63,879 nt of DNA from a virus (IMGVR_UViG_3300010376_000007:1-63879), one strand, 5' to 3'. Positions 45,859-56,085 are shown, counted from the stretch's first letter. Numbers and translations are program-made. Notes: generated by a model not told the origin, from the letters alone.

Positions 45859-47078
45859 GACTGACTGGAACCAACCTCGCCTCGGAACAGCCACGCGTTG
45901 CGCGTGCGGGCGTAGCCCTCGATACCGTACCAGCCGAAGGTGAGGAAGCGGCCGAGTCGGTCGAAGGGGCCGGTGACCACCGTCTCGCCGTAGGGGCCAG
46001 TCCAGTCGGAGCTTGACTTGGTGACGCTGTTGGGGCCGAAGACCGGAACGGGGAAGACGGAGTTGTTGTTGGTGACGGCAGCGCCGGAGGCGTGCGCGAA
46101 GCGGAGGCCCGCAGCGTCACCTGGGCCTGGGTCGAGAGCGAAGCCAGTGATCGTGGTGCCAGCAACGCCAGTGACCATAAACAGTTCATTGGAGTCGCTC
46201 CACGTGTTACCGGGCTCCGTCGCGTCCTGAATCGCCAGCCACATGCCCACGGTGATGTTGGTGCCCGCCGCGACGGTGATCGTCGTGTCGCCAGGGTTGG
46301 CGGCGGTGCCCAGCGTGGTCGCCACGGCAGACGCCGGTGCCGCGCCCGCGCCCCAGAAGCCCTTGGCGTTGGCGGTCACGATCATCCTGAGCCCGCCCCA
46401 GTAGGCAAGCTCGCCGTTGAACAGCAACTCCGGATGGCTGTACTGCGACATGGTGCGCAGCCCGCCGTTGGCGTTGTCCTGCATCAGGTCGTAGAACACG
46501 AACGGATGCACGGCGGTCGCCACGGCGCCGTCCTCGTACAGCGGCATCTTGGTCGCCCGCGCGCCAATCATCGACAGCAACTCGATGAAGCGGATCGACA
46601 TCTGGTCGGCGGTCACCGTCTGGCCAGTGAACTGCGACCGGGCGGTGTGCTTGTTCTGGAACCATACCCGGGAGCCCTGACCGAACACCGCGCGGGCGAT
46701 GTAGTCGTAGCTCTCCGCCAGGTTGTAGCCGTTGATGTACGCGGCCTGCTTGTACACGTCGGCGTAGGCGGTCGCCACGAGGAACTTGGTGACCTCAATC
46801 GCGTTGCCGTACTCCGACAGGGTGATGACCACCTCGGAGCCGCGCATCTGCTGCGGGGCCACGTCGATGAGTTCGTCGAGCACAGTCGGGTTGGGCTGCA
46901 GCGACTCGATGATCGGGAAGTTCTGGCTGATGCCGCGCTGCCCGTTCATGATCGGACCCTTGAGGTCCGCGAACTGATCCCAGTACAGGACGCTCTGGCC
47001 CTGGATGTAGAAGTCGGCGTCGTATAACGCTTTGACCTCCGGAGCAAGCGCAACGGTGCCGGTTGTGCCCTGCGGCAT
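45855..47078 (-). CDS. Major capsid protein (N4-gp56-like HK97 fold) with a beta-rich insertion
   Basis: TLSEYGNAIEVT, VHPFVFYDL, LFNGELAYWGGLRMI, DRLGRFLTFGWY. Confidence 0.88.
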   Translation of the reverse strand: MPQGTTGTVALAPEVKALYDADFYIQGQSVLYWDQFADLKGPIMNGQRGISQNFPIIESLQPNPTVLDELIDVAPQQMRGSEVVITLSEYGNAIEVTKFLVATAYADVYKQAAYINGYNLAESYDYIARAVFGQGSRVWFQNKHTARSQFTGQTVTADQMSIRFIELLSMIGARATKMPLYEDGAVATAVHPFVFYDLMQDNANGGLRTMSQYSHPELLFNGELAYWGGLRMIVTANAKGFWGAGAAPASAVATTLGTAANPGDTTITVAAGTNITVGMWLAIQDATEPGNTWSDSNELFMVTGVAGTTITGFALDPGPGDAAGLRFAHASGAAVTNNNSVFPVPVFGPNSVTKSSSDWTGPYGETVVTGPFDRLGRFLTFGWYGIEGYARTRNAWLFRGEVGSSQS

Positions 47079-47081
47079 GGG

Positions 47082-47198
47082 TTACCTCTTCTTCTTGTTC
47101 TGAGATGACCAGGGCCTCGGCTTGCGCTTGGCCTTGGGTTTGGGGTAACTGGGCTTGACCTGTGCCGCCATCGCGCTGGTTCCGGTAGTGCCGGCCAT
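47082..47198 (-). CDS. 38-aa micro-protein resembling the capsid N-terminus, with a basic tail
   Basis: MAGTTGTSAMAAQVKPSYPKPKAKRKPRPWSSQNKKKR; TAATG overlap with the scaffold stop. Confidence 0.65.
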   Translation of the reverse strand: MAGTTGTSAMAAQVKPSYPKPKAKRKPRPWSSQNKKKR

Positions 47199-48073
47199 TA
47201 GCCCATCGTATCTCGCAGCTTCTGCATGCGGGCGATGTTGGCCTTGGGGCCTGCCTTGGAGTCGTACGTCTGCGCGGCTGCCCTGACCTCGTCGGCCGAC
47301 GCGGCTTTGCCGCGCCTGGTGCTTGCCGGTCGGGCGCCGTTGGGGCTGGTCGCCCCGAGCTTCTCGCGCTCCTCTTGCCGGATCCGCTCGCGCATCTGCG
47401 CGGGGGTCTCGTCCTTCTTTGGTGGTGCCACTGCGGTGCCTCCCTGGCCTGATCGTGCGGCCTGTCGCATAACCTCGCGGTAGAACGTCTCCTCGGCGTC
47501 CCAGGCAGCATCTGGGATCTCGTCCAGATTCGGACGCACGCCAAACTCGCGTTCGGCTTCGTCGACGATCTCGGTGACGCGGCGGTTCATGTACTCGCGG
47601 CGTTCGTCGTCGGTGGCCTCGTGCTGTGCCGGGGCCTGCTGTTGCGGAGGGTTGGGGGTGGATTGCTGCGCCGGTTGTCGCTGCGCGCCAGCGGCCCGCA
47701 GGTCCCTGACCTCACCCTGGAGGAGTTGAATCTGCCGCGCTAAACGGTCTGCGGGAGGCAGACGCTCCAGTTCAGCCTGTTGCTGCTGCTGCCGCACCTC
47801 GGCTTCCCGCTGATCGCGGGCGCTGAGGTTGGCGGCGAGCAGCCTGATCCCGGCCTGAAGCTCTCCGATCTGGGCGTTCTGGTTGGCAAGCTGGGCCTGG
47901 GCTTGCTGCGCCTGGCGCCTGGCTTCGGCGGCTTCACGGCCTGACTGTGTGAGGCGTCGCTGGATCTCACGCTCACGATCCGCTTCCGTCTCCGGGGCCG
48001 AGTCCTCTTGCGCAGGGGGCGTTTGCCCTGCGGGGAGGTCTTCAAACTCAGCCGCGTTGTCTGCGGTGGCCAC
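47198..48073 (-). CDS. Capsid scaffolding protein
   Basis: Acidic N-terminus, long Q/E/R coiled coil, immediately upstream of the capsid gene. Confidence 0.75.
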   Translation of the reverse strand: MATADNAAEFEDLPAGQTPPAQEDSAPETEADREREIQRRLTQSGREAAEARRQAQQAQAQLANQNAQIGELQAGIRLLAANLSARDQREAEVRQQQQQAELERLPPADRLARQIQLLQGEVRDLRAAGAQRQPAQQSTPNPPQQQAPAQHEATDDERREYMNRRVTEIVDEAEREFGVRPNLDEIPDAAWDAEETFYREVMRQAARSGQGGTAVAPPKKDETPAQMRERIRQEEREKLGATSPNGARPASTRRGKAASADEVRAAAQTYDSKAGPKANIARMQKLRDTMG

Positions 48074-48078
48074 TGGGA

Positions 48079-48270
48079 TCAGCCCCCGTTATGGGTTCCC
48101 TTGGCTACGTCGGGTCCGGAATACCCCTTGTGATTGGTCAGCCCGACCTTGGTGCCCTGCATGCTCCTGGGTACCGGCCCGGCGGCGTAGCCGTCGCGCT
48201 TGAAGTCGTAGTTGTCGCCCGAGCTTTTCCCGCCCACCTTCTGGTGCTTGCTATTGATGGTGTTGGCCAC
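48079..48270 (-). CDS. Small Gly/Lys-rich protein
   Basis: AAAGGA RBS; TAGTG overlap. Confidence 0.6.
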   Translation of the reverse strand: MANTINSKHQKVGGKSSGDNYDFKRDGYAAGPVPRSMQGTKVGLTNHKGYSGPDVAKGTHNGG

Positions 48271-48443
48271 TAGCTCTTTCCTTTCTTGAGTTCCGGACGC
48301 AGATCGCTACCGCGCTGTTTGGTTGGCCCATCCCGATCTTTGCGGTCGTACGGTCGCTTCCAGTTCTGCAGAGGTACCGGGCCTGATCCGACCCCGATCT
48401 TCCCGGCGTACTTGACTGCCTTGTCGCTGAGTCGGTCTGCCAT
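48270..48443 (-). CDS. Small basic protein (57 aa)
   Basis: GGAGG RBS; MADRLSDKAVKYAGKIGVGSGPVPLQNWKRPY... Confidence 0.6.
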   Translation of the reverse strand: MADRLSDKAVKYAGKIGVGSGPVPLQNWKRPYDRKDRDGPTKQRGSDLRPELKKGKS

Positions 48444-48452
48444 CTAACCTCC

Positions 48453-51400
48453 CTAAGATACGTTCTCCGGTTGTTCTGGGTCCAGGCCCTGGATCTGACG
48501 CAGGCCGACGTACTTCTTGTTGGACACCCGCGACAGGTAGGCCATGTACTCGGCCAGCGTACCCCGATTGTGCTCGTACGCGGGACCCAGCGGGTCGGTC
48601 TCGCCTTTCCACTCGATGAGCGGGCGCGGGTTGGGCACATTCTGGTCGTCGTACGAGGTCTTCTCTTCCTTGGTCAGGCTGTTCCACAACCGGGTCGCCG
48701 CCACGCGCCGGTTCCATTCGTCCTTGGGCAGCACCCCGCCAGGGAACTTCTTGGCGTCGTTCCACTCGTCCAGCGTGCCGTCCTTGAATTGCTTCCACTC
48801 GGTCGGGGTGAGCGCCGAGCCCTCGCCCTCCCACTGGAAGTACGCGTCGCGCTGGGCCGGGGTGATGCTGGGGTCGCGCAGAACTTGCTTGGTCGTCAGC
48901 GCGGTCGCCCGCCGCCTGGCCTCGTCGAGTTGGTTGAGGTGCTCGTCGGGCTTCCAGCCGTACAGCGGGTCGCCCTGGATGTACGTGCTGCCGTGCTTCT
49001 GGTCACGGTTGTTGGCGACCGTCAGTTCCTGATCCCACTTGGCCCAGTCCTGCGCGTTGCCCAGCGGCTGGCCATTCTCGTCGACGTACTTGTAGGCCGT
49101 GACCTTCTGCCTGACCGCCTCAGCCCGGTCGTAAGAAAGCTGATCGGGCGTCTGGTCGGCTACCGGCAGCTTGCGCAACTGGATGCGGCGGGCCAGGTTG
49201 GTCTGGTCGAGTTGCGGCCCGTTCGGGTTGGTGGCGTTGATGGCGTTGACCGTATTCGACAGGTACGTCTCCTTGGCCATGCGCGCCGCGTCGGGCGGCA
49301 GATCCTCCTGGGTCTTGGCGTCTTTGCCCGCGTTGGTGTAGCCGTTGATGATGTCATCAAGCTGGCCGCTGGTGACGCCCGGAATGGGGGGCGGCGCCCC
49401 ATCGCCGTACATCTGCGCCTTGAGCGTGTCCTGCAGCACATCGTAGTCGACGCCGTAGGTCTTGGCCGTGTCGGCCATCCAGCGCTGGCGCTGGTCGGCC
49501 AGTTCGCCCGCCGCGTCCTTACCCGGGTGCGAGGCGAGCCCGCGTCGTCCGCCCGCCTGCAGGTCCGCGACGAGGTTCGGGTCGCGGTTCCAGGCCATGC
49601 GCACGAGGTTCTGCACGTAGTCGCTGGGCTGGCCGGAGGTGTCCAGATCGGCAGGCACGTCGGCCCCCCGGTTGGTGTTCTGGTCGTCCAGCCAGGCGAT
49701 CTCCTGGCGCAGCCGTGCGTCTTCGGGCTGCGTCTCGGGGCTCAGCTTGAGTTTGGCGTCGATCTGGTCCTTGCGGACCTGGCTCTCGGGCTTCTTGTCC
49801 CCCAGCGCGCTGCTGATCGACTTGCCTCGGTCCCCGTACGTAGCGTTGGGATCCTCGACGCCGTTGATCAGATTGGCGATGTGCTGGTCGACGCCCATAT
49901 TGGCGTTGCGGTTGTTGTCGAGGATGGCCTGCCAGTCGCGCGGGTCCTTACCGGCGTCCTTGATGAACTCATCCTGCATGTCGAAGAAGCGTTCGGCTTC
50001 GGTGCCGTGCGACAGCCGCGCGCCCGTGACGGCCGAGCCGAGCGTGGTCTGCCACGGCTCGCCGGTGGTGCCGCCCTTGATGACCTGGGTCACGCCCGTT
50101 GGCAGCATGTGCTGCGCGGCAACGTTGACGCGGTTGATAGCCTGCTGCCAGAACGGATCGTCGTTACGGTCGAGCGGGCGCCCCGCGAAGTCGTGGTCGT
50201 CGAGAAGCTGTGCCGCGCCGGTGCCCAGCATACTGCCGCGCGCCGAGGCGAAGTCCTTCATCCGCTGACCCGGGTCGGGGCGCGGGATGGCCAGCGAGAC
50301 ATCCTCGCCAGGCTTGGGGAAGTAGCCCGCGATGGCGGGGCCACCGGGCAGGCTCATCGGGTCGACTCCGACGCCCTTGGCCGCTGCCACGGTCGAAGCC
50401 CTGCCCAGGTCGATGATGGGCTGCAGCAGGCCCTTGTACGGCCCCAGCACGTCGATGTACGGCGTGAACTTGTTGCCCTTGGAATCGGTCGTCGACCAGC
50501 CAAACTTGTTGTATAGATTGGTGGCGTCGACTTCGAGCACATGATCAGGGTCGTTCTGCCACGAGAAGTGCCCGCCCAGCGCCAGGTTGGAGGCTTCCAG
50601 CAGGAACGCCGACTGCAGCGCGGCGTTGGCCCAGTACTGGCGCGACATCTCGCCGGTGGGGGTGTTGAGCGCAGAGGTGCCGATCAGCCGCGCCCAGGAT
50701 TCGGTCCAGTCGGGCGCCAGCATCGTCAGCCGCATGGCGTCCTGCACCGTGCGCGAGCGGGCGATGGCCTCCAGATTGTTGCCGCCGTAGACCGTGTTGG
50801 CGAACTCGGCAGCCGCCTTGCCGCCGTACTTCGGGGCGTACATCTCGTAGGTGCTGAGCTTCATCATCGGGATGGTCCGGTTCCACAGACCCTCGCTGAT
50901 GGTCTCGACCAGGCTCTTGGTGCCCATACCCCGGAACTGCTGGCCCAGCAGCATGCCAGTGCCCGGCGCCGTGGTCGCCGCACCCATCGCCGCACCGGCC
51001 AGGCCCCACTTGATCTGGTCCTGCACGTCGCCGCCCGCCGCCGCCGACGCTTGCGAGCCCACCAGCGCGCCGCCGCCGACGTTCATCAGCGTGGTGGCGA
51101 TGCGCGCCTTGGTGCCCGTCACGTCGTGCTCCGCCAGGGTGTTCAGCGACAGGCCGTCCTTCATGGCCTGCTCGATCATGCCGCGCGACTTGGCGTCGGA
51201 CATGAAGTTCCTGAACTCGCCCGGGTTGAGGGTGCCCTTGACGATGCTGGACATGTTGCCCAGGCCGCTAGTGCCCTGCGTCGCCCAGTACTGGCGCCAC
51301 TCGTTGGCCATGTGGAACAACGAGCCCGACAGCGTGTTGTGCTTGAGCGCCGCGTTCATCTGCATGACCGGCTGGACCAGATAGCGCAGGCCAGGCGCGT

Positions 51401-54400
51401 TGGCGAAGCCCTGCGGCGAGAACGCGTTCTTGAACACCTCGGCCAGTTCGGGCGAGACGTACGTCTTCTCGGCGCCGAAGACTTCAGCCGCGTACTTGTT
51501 GCCAATACCCGGAATGCTGCCCAGCCAGATCGCGTTGGACGGCGCCTTGGTGCCCTGCGGGATGCGCACCACGTCCTCGCCTGCGAGCATGAAATCGCCC
51601 AGCGTCTTGCCGTACCACTTCGGGTTGTTGATCTGCGCTTGGGCTTCCAGGCCCCCCACCATGTTGTCCAGCGCCTGGGCGCGCAGCCCCGCCGAGTAGT
51701 AGTTGCCCAGTACCTTGGGCAGATCGTCGGAGTATTTCACCCCGGCTGCCATGCCGTCTTCGAGCGTCTCGTGCAGCCGCTCCTGGGTGTAGGTGTAGAA
51801 CGGGTTGGACGACGCGCGACCGGGCTGGTTCCTGCCTCTGCCCAGCTTGACCGCCTGGTCCCAGTCCGACTCGACGGCGTGCGGTACGTACAGCACGGCC
51901 TTGCTGCCGGGCTTGTTGAAGTCGATATCGTTGGGCACAATGTTGAGCCTGGCAAAGTCGTTGGCGACCGTCTTCCACTCGTCGAGTGTTTCCCTGGCAG
52001 CCTTGTAGTCGATGTTGGGGTCGGACAGCATGGCAATCGGCAGCCGACCGGTGCGCTCGATGGTCGCCAGCGTGTTGGCGTCGTAGGCGTACTTGCCCCA
52101 GGTGCGGTACACCCGGTCGCTGAAGTTCCTGCCCGCCTCGATGCCCCAGCCCGTGTCGCCCGCGAACGTCTCCCACATCGAGCGCGCCTTGGGGGTCAGG
52201 TTCATGGTCGGCGCGAAGAACTCGCGCAGCGGCGCCAGAGCCCGGGCGCCAGCGGGCGACTCGATGGCCGCGCTGACGGCCTTGGGGATCATCGCCGCGC
52301 CATGCACCACGGCTGCTGTGGAGCCCAGCCCGAGCAGCGACTTGGTGGCCACGTTGGTGTAGTAGTCCGGGCTGTTGGGGTCCTCGGTGGCCAGGCCGAC
52401 CGCCGCGCCCGCCGCGCCGCCGCCCAGGTCAAGCGCCAGCTTGGTGTTGACCGCCGCTGCCTGCTTGCTGCCCAGGCCCAGCGCGGTGCGGTCCGCCGCC
52501 TGAGCTTCGGGCGCCAGGCCGATCTCGCGCAGCCCGCCAATGCGCTCGCCCAGCGACTGGCCGTAGGCGCCCGCGCGCTCGCTGTCGCCCAGGATGTCCA
52601 TGCCCGCGCCGCGCATGATCGAGTCCGTCTTGTCGAGCACAGTCTGTGCGTCGACGCCGGGGTTGGTGCGCGCGACGGCGTTCATCACCTCGCGCCTGAC
52701 CTGATCGCCCGTCAGCGGCTCGTAGCGCTCGCCCTCCGCCACGGCCTGCGCCGACTGCTCCAGGGTCGAGTCGTTCAGGTCCAGCGCCGCGCGCTGCAGC
52801 ACCGTGCGCGTCTCGTCCTGGGTCAGCGGACGCACGAAGTCGGTGTACTCCGGGGCGTGCTTGGCCACGCCCTCGGCGGCAGCCCTGGCCGCGTCGCCGG
52901 TGAGCACCTGGGGCAGCACCTCGGTGCCGTCGAGGATCACCTTGCCGGCCTTGCCGTACTTGGCGATGCCCGCCGCCGGGTCCACGACCATGGCCAGGTT
53001 CATCGGGTCGGTGACAAACGCGGCGCCCTCGGCAGCCCACTGACCTTCGGGCGAGTCGCGCACCTCGGGCGACTGCATCGCCTGGGCGATGGACTTGCGC
53101 AGATCGCTGTTGGCATCCATCGCTTCGGTGACAAGCTGCGCGCCCTCTGCCGGGTTGAGCACGCCACCGTGGGCCACCTTGTACGAGGCTGGCCGCTGCT
53201 GCGGGTCGGGAGTGCTGATGTTCAGCAGCGTCTGGTTGACCAGATCGGCGTCGTAGCCGTTGTCCTTGAGGTAGCCGAGCGAGTCCGCCACGCCAGGCGC
53301 CAGGATCTGCGCGGGCACAGCGGCGGGTCCGAGCGCGGACAGCGCCTTGCTCTTGGCCATGTCGGCCGCGTACCCGCCCGGGTCCTGCAGCATCTTGGTG
53401 TACTCGTCGACCAGGCCCTGCTGCGCTCCAGTCGCGGCCTGGGTCGCCGCGCCAGTGACCGCCTCGGTTGCCGCTCCTGCTGCCTGGCCAGCCACGTCGG
53501 GGGCACCGCTCAGGTCAACCGGCTGGGCGCCCAGGTCCTGGGCTGCCGCGTGTACGTCACCGGCGGTCTGCGCGACCCCCTGTGCGGCGTCGGCCAGCGG
53601 CGCGCCAGGCTCCGTCTGCATGACCGCCTGGTTGAGGTCCCCTGCTGTGTCGGCCACGTTGCGCGCCGTCTGGCCCGCGATGTCCGCCCCGCCCCGCGCC
53701 ACGGTGCCGAGCCCGCTGAAGACGCCGCCGATCATCGGGCCAGCCGCCTGCGCCACGTCCTGGGCGCCCGACGCCAGTGTCTGGGGCACGGTGCCCTCCT
53801 GCGCGGCCTTATCCAGCGACTCGCCAGGCTTGAGACGGTTGGGCGCGGTCTGCGAGATCGGCTGGCGCGCCGGCACCGACAGCGGCGCGCTCACCGGGTC
53901 GGGGGGCGGCGGGGGTGGCGGCGGCGCCTCGTCGGGCGGCGGCATCTCGGGCGGCGGTGGGCTCAGGTCGGGCGGCGGGGTCACCTCCAGGGGCGGCATC
54001 TCGTCGGGGCGCTTGATGCGCTCGTAGCTGCCAGTGCTGGGGTTCAGGAAGTACTGGTCCTCTTCGTCCTGGCCCGCGCCCACGCGGGCGGAGGGCACAT
54101 AGGTATCGCCGTCCCAGTGGCCTGCCTTCTGGGGGTACTGACCGGCAAACTTGGACTGGTCCGAGAACGTCGGGTGGTTGGGTTTCTTGTACGTGTCCGG
54201 CCAGTGACCCGTCTCGGGATCGGGCCTGATCCCAGCGGCGAACGCGCCGCGCAGATCGTAGTCCCAGCCCGAGTCGCGCGGTGCGTTCTGCGCCTTCCAG
54301 ATCTGGAACGCGGCCTCGCCCTGCGGCGACAGCGGCGTGTCGAGGAACGAATAGTCAGTGTCGTCGTCTTCCTCAGCCTGGGGCGGCGTGCCGCCCAGGT

Positions 54401-56081
54401 GGCGCATCAGGTCCGGGTCGCGCTCGTCGGCGCCCGAGCCCAGATCCGTCTGGTCCTCACCCGAGTGGCCGAGTACCGTGCCGTTGGGCGCGCTGGCCTT
54501 GCCCAGGTCGTCCTTCTTGATGCCCCCGGCGGTGTACAGCGTGACGATCTGGCGCCCATGCTCGACGGTGACCACCCACTCGGTGGGCACATCCTGCGGG
54601 CTGGAGCGCAGCCCGCCGCCCGTCGCGCGGCTGTACAGCGAAGGGTCCACGCCGTTCACGCGGCGGAACTGGGCGCCCGACCACAGCGGGGTGATGTCCA
54701 CGCCGCCGTTGGGGTTGATGCTGGAGTCGTGGACCATCATGCCGTTGCCGGCGTAGATGCCCACGTGCTCCATGTGCGCCCCCTCGCCCATGTTGTAGAA
54801 GACGAGGTCGCCCGGCATGGCATCCTGAGCGCGCACGTTCGAGGTCTGCTGGAACATGCTGCTGGTCTGCGCGGGCAGCGTCAGCCCGGTGGCCTGGTTG
54901 TAGGCCCAGGCCACGAACCCGGAGCAGTCGGAGCCGACGAACTTCGGGTCGAAGTTTGACCGCCCTCCGGCGCCGCCCCACACGTACTTGGAGCCGACCT
55001 GGCCCGCCGCCGTGTCCAGCAGTCCGGTCATGCCTACGCGCTGGGTGTCCTTGTCGACGCCCAGCTTGCTGGGCTTGCTGGGATCCGCCGCCTGGGTGCC
55101 GTCCAGACTGTTGCCGATGCTGATGACCTGATTCGACCAGTTCGGATCGGTGGCGTAGCCCGCGTCGTGGACCATGCGCAGGAAGCCACGCCAGTCGTCA
55201 GGGTTCTGCTTCAGGTACGACATGGCGGGCTGATAGCGCGAGTTCGACTGCAGGAACCGGGCGAAATCGTTGGCCGAATCCTGATAGCCCTGGTACGCCC
55301 GGAAGGTGTCCTGAATGTTGACGCGCTGGCCGTTGACGACTTCCCAGGTGCCGACCTGGCCCGTGTTGGCGCCCGTATCGGGGTTGGAGCCCTTGATGCC
55401 GAAGTAGTTGTTCCCGGCGACAGCCGTGCCCCAGCCCGTCTCGTTGGCGCTCACAGCGACGATGGCCTGCCACGGGATGCCCGTCTTGGCCTGCACCTTC
55501 TCGGCGGCAGGGATGGCCATAGCCGTGAAGTCCTGCTGGCTCTGGGTCCTCGGAGCGCTGCTCGACGAAGACGAAGAGGAGGTGGCACGAGCCGCAGACG
55601 AAGGCCCTTGAGGAGGAGGCGCCGCTTGCCGCGAAGGTGCAGCGCTCTTTGTTACCCCCGTCTGCGGTTGTGCGGTCCGCGCAGCCGTACTCCCGCTCGT
55701 CGCGCGGGGAGCATGATCCGCTGCAGAAGTGGCTGGTGGCGGCGCTTGAGACGATGCGGGGGACTCAGACCCGCTCGGCTCTTCTGAAGTTGTATCAGAA
55801 GATGGGGCAGGCGTCAAAGATTGTGGTGGTACATAGGCATCCGCTGCCCAGCCACCAATCCGGCTCAGATACTCGGGTACCGAGATCCCCTGCGCGACCT
55901 GCTGAGGTGCGTCAGGTTCCTCATCATCCCCCGCGCCCAACTCCATGCCAGGCACCTCCCACGCGCTGCGGATCTTGACTGTGCGATTCGGTCGCGGCGC
56001 CCAGCCGGGCCGAGTACGCGACAGCAGGTTCGGCGTGGGGGAGGTCGCGGGGTCGGTCGCCAGCCAGTCGGGAACTGCCAT
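48453..56081 (-). CDS. Giant internal virion/DNA-ejection protein with GH73 (FlgJ-like) and NlpC/P60 domains
   Basis: ANETGWG..NNYFGIKG...GYATDPNW; YVWGG..SDCSGFV...PGDLVFY..HVGIYAGNGMMVH; long helical body. Confidence 0.85.
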   Translation of the reverse strand: MAVPDWLATDPATSPTPNLLSRTRPGWAPRPNRTVKIRSAWEVPGMELGAGDDEEPDAPQQVAQGISVPEYLSRIGGWAADAYVPPQSLTPAPSSDTTSEEPSGSESPASSQAPPPATSAADHAPRATSGSTAARTAQPQTGVTKSAAPSRQAAPPPQGPSSAARATSSSSSSSSAPRTQSQQDFTAMAIPAAEKVQAKTGIPWQAIVAVSANETGWGTAVAGNNYFGIKGSNPDTGANTGQVGTWEVVNGQRVNIQDTFRAYQGYQDSANDFARFLQSNSRYQPAMSYLKQNPDDWRGFLRMVHDAGYATDPNWSNQVISIGNSLDGTQAADPSKPSKLGVDKDTQRVGMTGLLDTAAGQVGSKYVWGGAGGRSNFDPKFVGSDCSGFVAWAYNQATGLTLPAQTSSMFQQTSNVRAQDAMPGDLVFYNMGEGAHMEHVGIYAGNGMMVHDSSINPNGGVDITPLWSGAQFRRVNGVDPSLYSRATGGGLRSSPQDVPTEWVVTVEHGRQIVTLYTAGGIKKDDLGKASAPNGTVLGHSGEDQTDLGSGADERDPDLMRHLGGTPPQAEEDDDTDYSFLDTPLSPQGEAAFQIWKAQNAPRDSGWDYDLRGAFAAGIRPDPETGHWPDTYKKPNHPTFSDQSKFAGQYPQKAGHWDGDTYVPSARVGAGQDEEDQYFLNPSTGSYERIKRPDEMPPLEVTPPPDLSPPPPEMPPPDEAPPPPPPPPDPVSAPLSVPARQPISQTAPNRLKPGESLDKAAQEGTVPQTLASGAQDVAQAAGPMIGGVFSGLGTVARGGADIAGQTARNVADTAGDLNQAVMQTEPGAPLADAAQGVAQTAGDVHAAAQDLGAQPVDLSGAPDVAGQAAGAATEAVTGAATQAATGAQQGLVDEYTKMLQDPGGYAADMAKSKALSALGPAAVPAQILAPGVADSLGYLKDNGYDADLVNQTLLNISTPDPQQRPASYKVAHGGVLNPAEGAQLVTEAMDANSDLRKSIAQAMQSPEVRDSPEGQWAAEGAAFVTDPMNLAMVVDPAAGIAKYGKAGKVILDGTEVLPQVLTGDAARAAAEGVAKHAPEYTDFVRPLTQDETRTVLQRAALDLNDSTLEQSAQAVAEGERYEPLTGDQVRREVMNAVARTNPGVDAQTVLDKTDSIMRGAGMDILGDSERAGAYGQSLGERIGGLREIGLAPEAQAADRTALGLGSKQAAAVNTKLALDLGGGAAGAAVGLATEDPNSPDYYTNVATKSLLGLGSTAAVVHGAAMIPKAVSAAIESPAGARALAPLREFFAPTMNLTPKARSMWETFAGDTGWGIEAGRNFSDRVYRTWGKYAYDANTLATIERTGRLPIAMLSDPNIDYKAARETLDEWKTVANDFARLNIVPNDIDFNKPGSKAVLYVPHAVESDWDQAVKLGRGRNQPGRASSNPFYTYTQERLHETLEDGMAAGVKYSDDLPKVLGNYYSAGLRAQALDNMVGGLEAQAQINNPKWYGKTLGDFMLAGEDVVRIPQGTKAPSNAIWLGSIPGIGNKYAAEVFGAEKTYVSPELAEVFKNAFSPQGFANAPGLRYLVQPVMQMNAALKHNTLSGSLFHMANEWRQYWATQGTSGLGNMSSIVKGTLNPGEFRNFMSDAKSRGMIEQAMKDGLSLNTLAEHDVTGTKARIATTLMNVGGGALVGSQASAAAGGDVQDQIKWGLAGAAMGAATTAPGTGMLLGQQFRGMGTKSLVETISEGLWNRTIPMMKLSTYEMYAPKYGGKAAAEFANTVYGGNNLEAIARSRTVQDAMRLTMLAPDWTESWARLIGTSALNTPTGEMSRQYWANAALQSAFLLEASNLALGGHFSWQNDPDHVLEVDATNLYNKFGWSTTDSKGNKFTPYIDVLGPYKGLLQPIIDLGRASTVAAAKGVGVDPMSLPGGPAIAGYFPKPGEDVSLAIPRPDPGQRMKDFASARGSMLGTGAAQLLDDHDFAGRPLDRNDDPFWQQAINRVNVAAQHMLPTGVTQVIKGGTTGEPWQTTLGSAVTGARLSHGTEAERFFDMQDEFIKDAGKDPRDWQAILDNNRNANMGVDQHIANLINGVEDPNATYGDRGKSISSALGDKKPESQVRKDQIDAKLKLSPETQPEDARLRQEIAWLDDQNTNRGADVPADLDTSGQPSDYVQNLVRMAWNRDPNLVADLQAGGRRGLASHPGKDAAGELADQRQRWMADTAKTYGVDYDVLQDTLKAQMYGDGAPPPIPGVTSGQLDDIINGYTNAGKDAKTQEDLPPDAARMAKETYLSNTVNAINATNPNGPQLDQTNLARRIQLRKLPVADQTPDQLSYDRAEAVRQKVTAYKYVDENGQPLGNAQDWAKWDQELTVANNRDQKHGSTYIQGDPLYGWKPDEHLNQLDEARRRATALTTKQVLRDPSITPAQRDAYFQWEGEGSALTPTEWKQFKDGTLDEWNDAKKFPGGVLPKDEWNRRVAATRLWNSLTKEEKTSYDDQNVPNPRPLIEWKGETDPLGPAYEHNRGTLAEYMAYLSRVSNKKYVGLRQIQGLDPEQPENVS

Positions 56082-56085
56082 GGCC

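Noticed and set aside
50541-54959. 1472-aa plus-strand ORF and other long antisense ORFs (e.g. 60750-63527, 48471-50516)
   Set aside because: Shadow frames of high-GC minus-strand genes; no motifs, and composition typical of antisense translation
55606-55617. Extra CCTTGAGGAGG copy
   Set aside because: It is antisense within Pro-Pro-Gln codons of the giant gene, so probably coincidental
48453-56081. Virion RNA polymerase (N4- or crAss-like), suggested by size and the hairpin element
   Set aside because: I could not see a DxDGD or T7-like polymerase motif; only wall-hydrolase domains are recognisable. A structure search would be needed to exclude it fully
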